NCBI RefSeq assembly: GCF_006345805.1
Contig: NC_043013.1
Location: 41,912,001 to 41,976,000, forward strand
DNA length: 64,000 nt
Reading direction: 5' to 3'
Origin: Octopus sinensis
Taxonomy: Eukaryota
Shown here: positions 14,270 through 27,725 of the stretch, in pieces
Layout: each line of letters starts with the position of its first letter
Position numbering within the stretch: position 1 is the stretch's first letter
Notes under the pieces: generated by a model
The model's database searches: none
What the model was told of the DNA's origin: nothing
Seen by the model: only the letters and a program-made list of their open reading frames with translations
Program-made: the position numbers and the translations under genes

Positions 14270-14984
14270 GTTAAAGGGAAATAAGAAGACAAAAAAAAAT
14301 GGCTGATTTACATGGCTCTCTTGGGCTACAAATACGATCTAGGTTTGAAACGACAAGTATTGAATTGGTTTATCTTTCTCTTCTTGCTAATACCAAAGGC
14401 TTAGAATCTAAGTATCAATTGATCATAATTCAGCTAAAAAAAATTTTTTTAAAAACGCTAAACCGTAGAATATATAAAAAATATAAAGGATATTAAATTC
14501 TTTTTCTGTTTGTTTGTTTTCGTATCGTAAAAATATCTTTATTATTTTGTTATTTTTATTTCTTTATCTCCAAGCAAGCTAGAACACTCAAGTAAATGGT
14601 ACATTTTTCCCAATATTGTTGAAAAACAAAACACAAAGACCAGAATCAATGATGGGGCCATACAACAAAGCATTTAAGTTTTGTGGACTAATTTCAAAAT
14701 AGGTTTCGAGATTTACAAAAACCATGAGCCCGGAAAACTAATATCCGGAATTCCTTCTGATGTGATATCACGATATAGCTCCTGATATCGAGAGATAATT
14801 CGTTTACAATAGGATAATAATAATTTGATATTCAAATTTAGTAGTTTATCCATTTTGGAATTTTATAAATCCTTTGTAGTCGATATTGAACGGATAACCA
14901 CATTTTTTTGAGGATTCATGCTGTGAAAATTACACCAACGTGTTCGACCATTTAACTACGAAAACAGTTTGGGGTTTTGACGAG

Positions 14985-15281
14985 CGTGGTTGTGTGGTTA
15001 GAAAGCACGCTTTGTAACTACGCAGTTTCGGGTTCAGTCCCTGTGCGCGACACACTAGACAGGTATCTTTTGTCATAGAACCTTAACCGACGAATGCGTT
15101 GTGAGAGAATATATATATATATATATATATATAACTCAAGAAAATCAACACAAATTTGTCAACATTTTTGAACAAATTCGACTCGACACATCAACCCAAT
15201 CGAGAGAACAATGAGGAAACAGATACGAAAAATACAACCTCCGAAATTGTCGAAAACCTTGGAAACTTATAGTAGTAGTAG

Positions 15282-15352
<71 letters not shown>

Positions 15353-15520
15353 ATATATATGGTGGGGCTGTATTTGCATACGTCTGTGTGTGTGTGTTTG
15401 CATCTGTGTTTGTCACCCCTCCCCAACAGCTTAACAAGCGCTTTGATCGACAAAAACACTTCGAACTGGTGCCCCAGCTTGGCCGCAGTCTAATGACGAA
15501 AACGAGCAAATGATAAAGAT
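14985..15520 (+). mobile_element. Degraded SINE A split by microsatellite and unrelated sequence
   Basis: Head-like GTGGTTGTGTGGTTAG...GGTTCAGTCCC at 14986-15041 and 3' module at 15385-15520. Confidence 0.6.
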
Positions 15521-15910
15521 TAAATCTAACCCCTAACTGCTTGCGTGCTAGAGTTACAGATAATAATATTCCAATCCAACCAAAAGTTTCCATATCAACA
15601 ATCCCATCTTACATCCCTGGCAGCTCTAAAATTAGCCTTATCATTAAGATGCAAGGTAAGATATTTCACTAAACTTTAAAAAGTTATACTCTAAGGCGTT
15701 TTATTTTCTCTGCATTTAAAGTATTACAACAATTTGGTTAATTAATACATTTCGACATTTTAATTAATGATGCTTATGAACTGCTAAGATTCGTTATTTT
15801 TCATTATTTGGTAAGAATTAGTAAGATTCGTTATTTTTTTTTCTCTCTCTCTCAGCACAAATGCGACCCACATGTTTTAATAAAATTGCAATTTGCCCCC
15901 GGAACTATAT

Positions 15911-15961
<51 letters not shown>

Positions 15962-16287
15962 ACTACTACTACTACTACTACTACTACTATTATTATTGTC
16001 ATTATTATTAATACTACACTTCATATCTACATGTGAGCGTATGCATGTATTTATGTGTATATTATACACATATATACTATTATATAGATTGTGATATATA
16101 TGTATTTTACATATATGTTTATACGTATGAATGTACGAATATACGTATGTATGTATATATATGTATACATACATATATATATATATGCATATATATATAC
16201 ATACATATATATATACATACATATATATATATATACATATATATATATACATATACATATATATATATACATATATATATGTATGTA

Positions 16288-16318
<31 letters not shown>

Positions 16319-16404
16319 ATATATATTATATATGTATATATATATATATGTATATATATATATGTATATATATATTATATATATATTATATATATATATA
16401 ATAT

Positions 16405-16438
<34 letters not shown>

Positions 16439-16440
16439 GG
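15911..16440. repeat. (CTA)n followed by TA-rich microsatellite
   Basis: Directly visible. Confidence 0.95.
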
Positions 16441-16741
16441 AGAAATATAAAAATATACAAGGTGTAAAGACACTGAAGATTCAATATACACCACCTGGCA
16501 AAATTATGAGTTGAAAATATGTAGGAAAAAATATAAAAAGTGGAAGAGAAATGCCTTCGTTTCATATAGTTTAATATCGTTTTATAAATATATACATATT
16601 ATATGGATGTCGTGAAATCCAACCGGTTTTCGCTACTTAAATTAGCTTTTGAAAGGACATTGTACAGTAATCAGTTCTCGTGACGGAGGGGGTTTCGTCA
16701 TTTTAAATGGTTGAAGAATAAGAGGAATATATATATATATA

Positions 16742-17812
16742 CTAGCATTATGACCCGTCGTTGCCATGTCATAATGCTAGTGCTTGTATATACGTGTACA
16801 TATTACATGTACATCTATATATATACATCTACACATAAAATACAAAATACAAAGTTATATTTTGATATCGCTAGTGATAACAATACTCAAAATATATAAC
16901 ACAACTGGAATTGTAGGCCCGTCTCTTGCAATTTCGATCAATTGTATCTTGTCTTCCCTCTTGTATAGAAGTATGGCTACAATCCAGCCTACCTCTACTT
17001 CTGGGGGGGGGGAGGCATTTCTAATTTTTATCCGGGACGTCCTACGTCCAAGATATAAAGGTAAAAATGAAATATTTCCACTTTGCAAGGTTCGAGTCGA
17101 GTACTCCCTTGCATGCTCCGTTGACTCGAACCTTGCTTCTATTGTGGAGAATTTACCGCCTCTGGTTAGATATCTTTCATAGTCGCACCAAGACACTTTT
17201 CGATGGTGCTTTCCTCCAGGTGTTCAAATCTCTTTTTTTCTCTACATTGTATACGTTATAGACAATAGTCTTTTCTTTAATTTAATTTTTTATTTCGTTT
17301 GGTGGTGTTATCCTAGATTCACCGTCTTTGTCGGTGATCAATCCGAAATAGGTTTGTATTTCTTCCATTTTAATTTTAATGAGTTCGCGCCCGTGAAAGT
17401 ATCTGAGATAAAATAGAGAAATGTTTTTGTTTCATTTTTAACACGTAATACTGAAATAGTGGAGAAGATATGATATTGCTATGGGCTCGCCCTAGGCAAG
17501 AAGTTGAACATTTTTTTGCCCATGAAACTACATGGACCCTAAGTAAGGCATGTGTAAAATTTGATTGAAATTGGTTGTGTAGTTCTCAAGTTTTAGGGAA
17601 TCGTAGTGGAGAAGATATGATATTGCTGTGGGCTCGCCCTAGGCAAAAAGTTAAAAACTTTTTTGCCGATGACACTCCCCGGACCCTAAATAAGGCATGT
17701 GTAAAATTTGAATGAAATTGGTTGTGTAGTTCTCAAGTTTTAGGGAAACACACAGACAGGCAGACAGATACACAGACAGACAGACACACATTCTCAGTTT
17801 TATATATATAGA
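16742..17812 (-). mobile_element. Non-autonomous Helitron
   Basis: Minus strand starts TCTATATATATAAAACTGAGAATGTGTGTCTGTCTG and ends in a hairpin + CTAG. Inserted between A16741 and T17813 with no TSD. Internal 147-bp tandem duplication at 17457-17747. Confidence 0.78.
16905..17368 (-). pseudogene. Disrupted L1/Tx1-like ORF1 N-terminal fragment inside the Helitron
   Basis: ATG at 17368 gives MEEIQTYF...; after a stop and frameshift RYLTRGGKFSTIEARFESTEHAREYSTRTLQSGNISFLPLYLGRRTSRIKIRNASPPPEVEVGWIVAILL. Family assignment is from recalled motif style only. Confidence 0.5.
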
Positions 17813-17836
17813 TATATATAAATCTACATATATATA

Positions 17837-18534
17837 CAGGGTGATTGAAAAGTAACTCCCTATTTTAAAATACTTATAATTTTTAGAAAAAACGAATATG
17901 TTAAGAAAGTGTATAGCATGGAATTTTATTTAAAATTTGATGTAGGCATCAGCATTCATCAGCAGCTTCTGAAGCCGCCTGGGAACGACATAAACTGATT
18001 TCATCAGGAAGTCTTGCGGAATGAAAGACATAACTTCTCATATTCACCCTTCAAGTTCTTCCAAAGTCATTGGTTTGGTAGAGAAGACTTCCTCCTTTAA
18101 CCAACCCCAAAGAAAACAGTCGCAGGGTGTTAAATCAGGGCTTCTGACCAGCCTGTCATCTGGACCTTGATGAATTGGAATTACGACCACTTCAAGTATC
18201 AGCTACAAATCCTGTAGCCATGAATTTTGCATGGCAATTCTTGATTATCTTTGCATCAACTTGAGCATGTCTTCCTCTAATAGTCCTCCACCTTCTTTGC
18301 GCTTGAACAACTGATCTCCAACTTCGTAATATGCAGCTAGCCGGGCACAGTAAGACATCCACCCATGTTTGTAGAGCTTCTAAATTTCAAACAAAATAAT
18401 CGATCTGAAAAAATTCAACATGGAATCAATTCCCATACATTAAAGAATATACACAACAAATTTGAGAAAACAAATATAGTTAATAAATAAATTATAAGTA
18501 TTTTAAAATAGGGAGTTACTTTCCAATCACCCTG
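17837..18534 (-). mobile_element. Internally deleted Tc1/mariner-superfamily element
   Basis: ~46-bp TIRs CAGGGTGATTG(A/G)AAAGTAACTCCCTATTTTAAAATACTTATAATTT with TA flanks. Internal peptide SPDLTPCDCFLWGWLKEEVFSTKPMTLEELE. Confidence 0.9.
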
Positions 18535-18550
18535 TATATATATATATATA

Positions 18551-18812
18551 TTGTGTTGAGTCAAAATTTCTAAAAAATTTTGGTAACTCATTTGCCCTAT
18601 TCATCAGGTTAGAACGAAAGCAGCCTACCATTCAAAGTAGAGGCCATCGTATTGCCCAGTCTGGAGCCACCTTTCTCTCAATTCTTTGATTCCACGCTGA
18701 TACCGGTTCTTGTCCTTCGAGACGTAGAACTCTTTCACAGAAGCTTCCACCTCGTCTTGGTTGATGAAGCGTCGCGTGCACAGGAAGTGAGCCATAGATC
18801 GGAAGTAATAAT
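18551..18812 (-). mobile_element. mariner transposase C-terminal remnant
   Basis: TSDYYYFRSMAHFLCTRRFINQDEVEASVKEFYVSKDKNRYQRGIKELRERWLQTGQYDGLYFE matches the mariner C-terminal pattern (SDYHLF...GI..L..RW....G.YF). Confidence 0.82.
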
Positions 18813-18974
18813 AATCCGAAGTAATAATAATCTGCGTTTCAAACTGATGGGTTTCGAGAAACAATTCTCAACGTAAGACTTCATAATAACCAATATCTTA
18901 AGGTTTACCATCTTGATCATTGATATAAAGAGTATATTGGGCATATAGCTAAGAAACTCGCGCGCGCGCATAGT

Positions 18975-19148
18975 GGTTTCATATTTTGGCGCAAGGCCAG
19001 CAAGTTTGGTGGAGGGGTAAGTCGATTACATCCGAAAGGATGAAAGACAAAGCTGACCACAGCGAATTTGAACTCGTAACGTAAAGAGGGAAGAAAAATC
19101 GCTAAGGATTTCGCCCGGGCGTGCTCGCGTTTTTGCCAGCTCGTCGCC
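18975..19148 (-). mobile_element. Old SINE B copy (a sister copy lies at 19610-19750)
   Basis: B head and core. Both copies are followed by CATATGGAGA and (AAT)n. Confidence 0.7.
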
Positions 19149-19191
19149 TACATATGGAGACAATAATAATAATAATAATAATAATATAATA

Positions 19192-19596
19192 ACAATGATA
19201 AAAGATCTTGAAATAGAAATCAGCAAAATGTGGAACCTGAAGACTAAAACAATACCTGTTGTCATAGGTGCCCTAGGAATGATAGCAAAAGGGGCTGATC
19301 GCTACCTAACTCAGATACCAGGAAACCCCAAAACGGCAGAAATTCAAAAGATAGTGGTCATGGGAACTACTCATATCCTACGCAAAATACTTTCTATGTA
19401 ATCTCAAGTTTTAAAACAAACATAATTTTCGCTTTTCTTTTTTTTGACATTCACTAGTACAACACTAAATACAAAACCAAATATATGGCACACTAGGCAT
19501 AAAAACATCATGAACTTCCATCCTGTTGTCTCTTGAGGTATCTGGGTGAGACTTGGAGCCAACTTGTACAAATATAAAGCAAAAGTCAAACATAGA
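19192..19596 (+). mobile_element. R4/Dong-like LINE 3' end inserted in (AAT)n
   Basis: KDLEIEISKMWNLKTKTIPVVIGALGMI...EIQKIVVMGTTHILRKILSM* plus 3' UTR, with (AAT)n on both sides. Confidence 0.85.
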
Positions 19597-19939
19597 ATAA
19601 TAATAATAATGATCCTTGATTCATCGGCTCCAGTGTTTCGCTGGTACTCAATTTATTGACCCCGAAAGGATGAAAGGCAAAGTCGAACTCGGCGGAATGC
19701 CGTTAAGCGTTTTGCCCAGCATGCTAACGAATCTGACAGTTCGCCGCCTTTCCATATGGAGATAATAATGAGAAGAACATGCGCTACTCTAATAATATTG
19801 CAGTTAATTAATTCCAAAGTACATTATTACCACCAAATCATTTCAAGGTACATTAATACGTATTCAAAAACACATTATCACAATCAGATTGTTTCAAAAA
19901 GCATTATCACACACACACATATGCATATGTGAGAAAGAG

Positions 19940-19974
<35 letters not shown>

Positions 19975-20017
19975 TTTAATAGTATATACATATATATATA
20001 TATGTATATATATATAT

Positions 20018-20094
<77 letters not shown>

Positions 20095-20130
20095 TATATA
20101 TATATGTATATATATATTATATATATATAT

Positions 20131-20168
<38 letters not shown>

Positions 20169-20340
20169 TATATATGTGTATATATAAAGATAGATATATA
20201 TATATAGACATATACATATATGAATATATGTATATATATTATATATATATTATATATATGCACATATATACGTATATGTGTATATATAAATGTGTGTGTA
20301 TATATGTATATATGTGTATGTATGTATGAATGTATGTATG

Positions 20341-20386
<46 letters not shown>

Positions 20387-20435
20387 TACACACACATTCG
20401 TATGTATGTATGTATGTATGTATGTGTGTATGTAA
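19940..20435. repeat. TA/TATG microsatellite block
   Basis: Directly visible. Confidence 0.95.
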
Positions 20436-20569
20436 TTGTAAAAAACTGTCTTCGTCGGTGGTCTTTATCTGTTAGAAATCTCAAGTTTAAAGAATATTAC
20501 AGAAAATCTCAAAACTCTAACTGAAGAGTTTATTAAAATAATGAGTAAGAAAATTAATAACAACAACAT

Positions 20570-20880
20570 AGATGATGACGATGGGATAGGTAGAGGTGTT
20601 GTTGCAGCTCGCAGGTGCTTGTAGCATTGGTGCAGATGGCGACGGTGACGGTGGTGCTGATGCTGGTGCTGGGGCTGGTGGAGCTGGGACGGGCGAGTGT
20701 GTTAGTGCAGGAGTCGCTGGATGTAGTGTTGGTGATGCGGCAGTAGGGGTGGTGTCGTCGGCGGAGGCAGAGGTGGTTGTGGTAATAATGGTGGATGTGG
20801 CGGCGCTGGCAGCATCGGCGGCGGCGCAGTAGTGGTGGTGGTGGTGGCGGCGGTGGCGGCGGTGGCGGCGTTGACGTTGG
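20570..20880. repeat. Degenerate GC-rich (GGT/GGC/GCT)n triplet tract
   Basis: Low-complexity triplets. Similar tracts at 4758-4880 and 9007-9047. Confidence 0.75.
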
Positions 20881-21022
20881 CGCTCGAGCGGAGGAAATTT
20901 TTTGAATTCCTTGAAATATGGTTATAATGCAAGCATGTTATTGCTGGTGTAATAAGATGGAAATATGTCATAGAAACCTTCAGTACAATAATAATAATAA
21001 TAATAATAATAATGATAATAAT

Positions 21023-21060
<38 letters not shown>

Positions 21061-21069
21061 TAATAATAA

Positions 21070-21618
21070 CTTTTATTAGCCACACGGGCATAGATAAGGG
21101 AGACATCACAAGGATAGACAACAATTTGTGAGTGAATTTACTCAAAGGATGGGGTGACAGAAATAGAAAGACGATGGAATGCGATGTAAATATTAATAGT
21201 ATACAAAGTATGTGATAACATGAATGATGCAGTCCTCCTGTTACAGGAAAAACTCTAACTGGGGCCAACCAAGGAACTCCACAGGCCCAGGATTACCCTG
21301 ACCACCTCTCTCCCGTCCTTCAATCAACAGGTGCATAGTTTGAATTGGACCATTGATGATATGTGCATCTTTGCCATAGCCACCCATCTTTTCACGAATT
21401 CACTGGGAGGTAGCTCTTCTCTCTCCATCCTCATTTTCCTTTTCCAAATGGAACTTAGAAAAGTCGATAGGGGCCTTGACTGAAGAGGGAAGATGTCTTT
21501 CCTCAATCTTGTCAGCCTCGTCCACTACACAACCTCTTTTATCGTAACCACTGGACTGAAGAACACTGCCTGTCTTGCCTTGTAATGATGAACGGGGGGT
21601 GGCGATCCTCACGATGGA
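21070..21618 (-). mobile_element. L1/Tx1-like LINE 3' end (ORF2 C-terminus + 3' UTR)
   Basis: Frameshifted peptide ...VTIKEVV*WTRLTRLRK...IDFSKFHLEK.MRMEREELPPSEFVKRWVAMAKM fits the K..xW..R...F..RW pattern. UTR ends GTGGCTAATAAAAG before (ATT)n. Confidence 0.7.
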
Positions 21619-21706
21619 TATGGTCGATTATCGGATTAACGCGATAACAGTTGTTCGACGTAACTCCCCTTTGTGTTTAGGCCTTGTGCCTGTAATAAAG
21701 AAACTA

Positions 21707-22029
21707 AAGACTCCGCCGGTTACGACGACGAGGGTCCCAGCTGATACGATCAACGGAACAGCTTGCTCGTGAAATTAACGTGCAAATGGCTGAGCATTCC
21801 ACAGACACGTGTACCCTTAACGTAGTTCTCGGGGATAATCAGCGTGACACAGAGAGTGACAAGGCTGACCCTTTGAAATACAAGTACAACTCATTTTTGC
21901 CAGCTGAGTGGACTGGAGCAACGTGAAATAAAGTGTCTTGCTCAAGGACACAACGCGTCGCCGGGAATCGAACTCACAACCTTACGATCATGAGCCGAAT
22001 GCCCTAACCACTAAGCCACGCGCCCTCAC
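21707..22029 (-). mobile_element. SINE family E, full length, with TSD
   Basis: Same type of head and CORE-like segment as family C but a different tail (...GCACGTTAATTTCACGAGC...CCCTCGTCGTCGTAACCGGCGGAG). TSD ATAAAGAAACTA at 21695-21706 and 22032-22043. Confidence 0.88.
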
Positions 22030-22055
22030 TGATAAAGAAACTAGCTGGTGATTGT

Positions 22056-22100
22056 CACACGCTGATGACGGGTTACTACCCAGAAATCCGGGTCAGTGTG
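22056..22100 (+). ncRNA. Minimal type I hammerhead ribozyme motif
   Basis: CACACg-CTGATGA-c-GGGT-tact-ACCC-a-GAAA-TCCGGG-TC-aGTGTG: intact core, GUC triplet, palindromic CCGG loop III. Confidence 0.65.
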
Positions 22101-22383
22101 TATCACGTAAGGCTAGAGATGGGAACGATGATTTTCCTTCGCAAATACTGATCGGGCACAGACAGTGTGTCGTTAGCCAGCTGGAGGAGATATCTTTCTG
22201 GGGCTATAAACAATAGTAGCATTGGCCCCTATGGGTCCGCCACATTTAGGTGGCAAATACACTTCACCATTCCGTGCTGCTACTGTTTATGTCTCACTCA
22301 GAGATTTATTATTGCTTATGTGTGTGTGTGTGTGTAGTTGAAAAGGGGTTAAGACTCCGTACAAATCAAAAATTATAGTTAAA

Positions 22384-22757
22384 AAAATAAAGTTGGAAAA
22401 GTCACAGAAGTATACTTTAGAGAATCTTTAATATTTTTGTTACAGTGAGTGATTTAAAATATAACAGGTTTCGATGTACCCATCTCATCAAATATTAGAA
22501 AGAATTCCTTTTTTTGGGGGGGGGGGGGAGTCAGAGAGGGAAAAAAATTGTACCCATATTTGAGTTATAGGTACAAACACAAATATGGGTGCAAACACTT
22601 AAACCCCATTTTTTTTCTCTCCGACTTCCCCCAAAATTCTTTCTAATCTCTGACAAGATGGATGCATCGAAACCGGTTATATTTTAAATCATTCACTGCA
22701 AGAAAAATATTAAAGATTCTCTAAAATATACTTCTGTGCTTTATTCCAACTTTATTT
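22384..22757. mobile_element. Foldback element (~150-bp inverted arms), probably Penelope pseudo-LTR derived, with a hammerhead-like motif in each arm
   Basis: Arms ~22384-22546 and ~22609-22757, inner hairpin 22548-22594. Motifs at 22460-22496 (-) and 22645-22685 (+). Confidence 0.75.
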
Positions 22758-22788
22758 ACTCCTCTAACTAACTAACTATATATATATT

Positions 22789-22891
22789 CCCACTGCGTGG
22801 CATCTTGGGCAAGTGTCTTCTGCTATAGCCTCCTGGCCGATCAAAGCCTTGTGAGTGGATTTGGTAGACGGAAACTGAAAGAAGCCCGTCG

Positions 22892-22979
<88 letters not shown>

Positions 22980-23189
22980 TTGTGTGTCTGTATTTGTTCC
23001 CCCAACATCGCTTGACAACCGATGCTGGTGTGTTTACGTCCCCGTAACTTAGCGGTTCGGCAAAAGACACCGCTAGAATAAGTACTAGGCTTACAAAGAA
23101 TAAGTTCTGGGGTCGATTTGCTCGACTAAAGGTGGTGCTCCAGCATGACCACAGTCAAATGACTGAAACAAGTAAAAGAGTAAAAGAGT
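22789..23189 (+). mobile_element. SINE A, 5'-truncated
   Basis: Body, internal (TA)n(TG)n, 3' module and (TAAAAGAG)2 tail. Confidence 0.88.
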
Positions 23190-23419
23190 ATATATATATA
23201 TAATACAAACACATATATATATTTACTCGAGGTCTAATTAAAAGTCTGCTGAGAAGCATGAAAGCTTTGGGCAAACTTGTGAAAATGCTTTGGACTGGCA
23301 AAAGATTAACAATACAGCAAAGGCGTCCGGGCAATTAAATGTTACTGAAGAACGCTGAGACATCATAAAACTATGGCCCATGAATAACATCTTAGCAGAA
23401 TCTGTGTACAGTGAATGCG

Positions 23420-23680
23420 CTTGGCTTATTAGTTACGGTGTTGCACCGACGAGCGTAAGATAATGGTTTCGATCCCCGGACCGGGTGGCGAGTTGTACTC
23501 TTGAACAAAACACTTCATTTCACGTTGCTCCATCCCAATCCGCAGTAAATGTGCATCCGTGAGATGGAGCAGCGTGCAATTCAATGAGAAGGAATGCAAT
23601 TTCAGTCATTTATACGCCACGGGAACCGGGTTAAGTGCAGACCTTATGAGTTCATGGCCTCGAGACTGACTGACCTAAGC
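23420..23680 (+). mobile_element. Degraded SINE C-like copy
   Basis: GGTTTCGATCCCCGGACCGGG...TTGAACAAAACACTTCATTTCACGTTGCTCC. Confidence 0.65.
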
Positions 23681-24193
23681 TAAAAGACAATTATTGCTGT
23701 TGAGCGTCTTTTCGGCCATATTGAATGTCAACTTTACATATTTCTGTGGTCGAAGAATTAAGCTGTATTGATAACGTTACCACTGGATGTTTTATAGATG
23801 ACAAAATCATTCTACAGAACAATATCGACTGCCAATGTAGCTGTCACTGCTTCCACTGTCAATTAAAGCTTGCGTTGATTGATTGTTAATTACAATATTA
23901 ACGAGAGCACGAAACAAGAGCTGTCCCAATAAAAACTGAAAGACTTAATCAAGCTGAAGTTATTAATTCGCTGCAGATTGGTTTATTACCTGCTTTATTA
24001 TGGTATCCTGAAGATATATTACGTGATTTGCACACACGATAAACATAGCCTCTTTTTTTCTTTTCGGCTTTGCTTTTAATACTAACGAATATTAACCACC
24101 TTTGCTGGACATTTTAACTCTTTTTTTTTTCGATCATGTGTATACTGTGCAGTAACAATCACTTGCAAGAAATATCTGCTGAAATAGTCTCCT

Positions 24194-24425
24194 TATTTCT
24201 TTACTACCCACAAGGGGCTAAACATAGAGGGGACAAACAAGGACAGACAAACGGATTAAGTCGATTACATCGACCTCCAGTGTGTAACTGGTACTTAATT
24301 TATCGACCCCGAAAGGATGAAAGGCAAAGTCAACCTCGGCGGAATTGGAACTCAGAATGTAACGGCAGACGAAATACGGCTACGCATTTCGCCCGGCGTG
24401 CTAACGATTCTGCCAGCTCGCTGCC
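24194..24425 (-). mobile_element. SINE B monomer with perfect 17-bp TSD
   Basis: TSD TGCTGAAATAGTCTCCT at 24177-24193 and 24430-24446. Confidence 0.92.
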
Positions 24426-25738
24426 CTTTTGCTGAAATAGTCTCCTGCTCTGGGTCCGCTTCTCTAATCAGTTACGATGATATCATAATAATAAACATCA
24501 TTATTCTATAAAGCGAACTCCAAGTTCCTGATTTCCGATAAAGCCAAGTCCGGTAAATAATTTTTAAGTAGTCTGACGTCTTACACTGGCCGACATTATT
24601 CTAGAAACGAAAGCATTCATCATCGAGTTTTCTTACAGCTCAGATGTCCCTCTCTTAAATTTGTATTCTTTGGTCAAAATTTTTAAGGCTTTCAAACACC
24701 AGTCAATCGAATCTTCGGATCACTTTTCAGGGAAATTGATCCAAAGATTCGGTTCAGCTGATGCCTTGCAAGAAAAATCTCCCTGCCTCTTTGTCGCGAC
24801 TTTGTAACTGTTATAATCTACAGTGACTTTGAATACTTCGAGATATACGAAGTTTATGTGCGTGTCTTAGATCATCGAGGGCAAGAGAACTGGCAAGAAA
24901 ATGTACAAAACTAGAGTTTAAATTTTAAAGAGGGCGATGTATGTTGGAGGAATAGGATTGAGTCTTTTGAAATTTTGAACTCTACACATTTTATTCGTTT
25001 AATAAATTATTGTAAGTACCGAAAAGATATTAGTGTATTCAACGAATAACGCTACAGCTTAATATACGTTTTAACTAAGGGAGAACATTCGCCTATGACG
25101 TCAATTGTACTGAATCTGTTAACCAACTCACACACACACACACACAAGTACACGTTGTTACTGCAACTACATGGTTAATTTTCATCGATCCCAACATTCA
25201 GTCTGCTAACATAATATTATATCTATCAACACACTTCTCTCTCCCTTTGGCTTTATCTCTCTCTCTCTTTCTCTCCCACTCTCTCCCCTCTGTCTCCCCC
25301 TCTCTCTCTCTCCTCTCTCTCCCATCTCCCTCTCTTTCTCTCTCCCCTTCTCCTCCCTCTCTCTCTCTCTCTAAATCACACACATATTCCATATGTGTAT
25401 TATATATGTATATCAATATATGAGTATGTATGTGTATGTGTGTGTATAATAGGTATGCATGTGCAATAAGTGTGCAATATGTCTAAATATGTATATGCGC
25501 GTGTAGGAGAATTGGCAAAGTCGTAAAAGTGTCGGATAAAAAGTTTTATAGTGTTCGATCCAACGCTCTGAGTTCAAATCCAACTAGCTCAGTTTCTTTT
25601 TTTTTCTTTTTTTTTTTTCAATTCTTATAAGTTTACACAGATTGCTCTTCATCTGACGAAATCGGGCATGCCGAAACTTCGAAGTCACTGTCAACCTTTT
25701 CCTTAACACATTCATATATCTTTCTATCTATCTATATA

Positions 25739-26544
<806 letters not shown>

Positions 26545-26562
26545 TATATATATATATATATA

Positions 26563-26927
26563 CTCTTTTTAGTCTTTTCTCTTTTACATGTTTCAGTCAT
26601 TTGACTGTGGCCATGCTGGAGCACCGCCTTTAGTCGAGCCACTTGACTCCACGACTTATTCTTTGTAAGCCTAGTACTTATTCTATCGGTCTCTTTTACC
26701 GAACCGCTAAGTTACGGGGACATAAACACACCAGCATCGGTTGTCAAGCAATGTTGGGGGGACAAACACAAACACATAAACACACACACACATACATATA
26801 TACATATACACGACAGGCTTCTCTCAGTTTCCGTCTACCAAATCTACTGACAAGGCTTTGGTCGGCCTGAGGCTATAGTAGAAGACACTTGCCCGAGGTG
26901 CCACGCGGTGGGAATGAACCCGGAACC

Positions 26928-26928
<1 letters not shown>
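26563..26928 (-). mobile_element. SINE A, 5'-truncated
   Basis: Reverse complement of the A body and 3' module. Confidence 0.87.
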
Positions 26929-26976
<48 letters not shown>

Positions 26977-27000
26977 TAATATATTATATATATATATATA

Positions 27001-27725
<725 letters not shown>

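Noticed and set aside
20596-21268. Ala/Thr/Pro/His-rich ORFs resembling a transcription-factor exon (also 4722-4928, 8879-9104)
   Set aside because: Degenerate triplet repeats open in several frames, with no domain and no clear splice sites. An exon cannot be fully excluded without RNA data.
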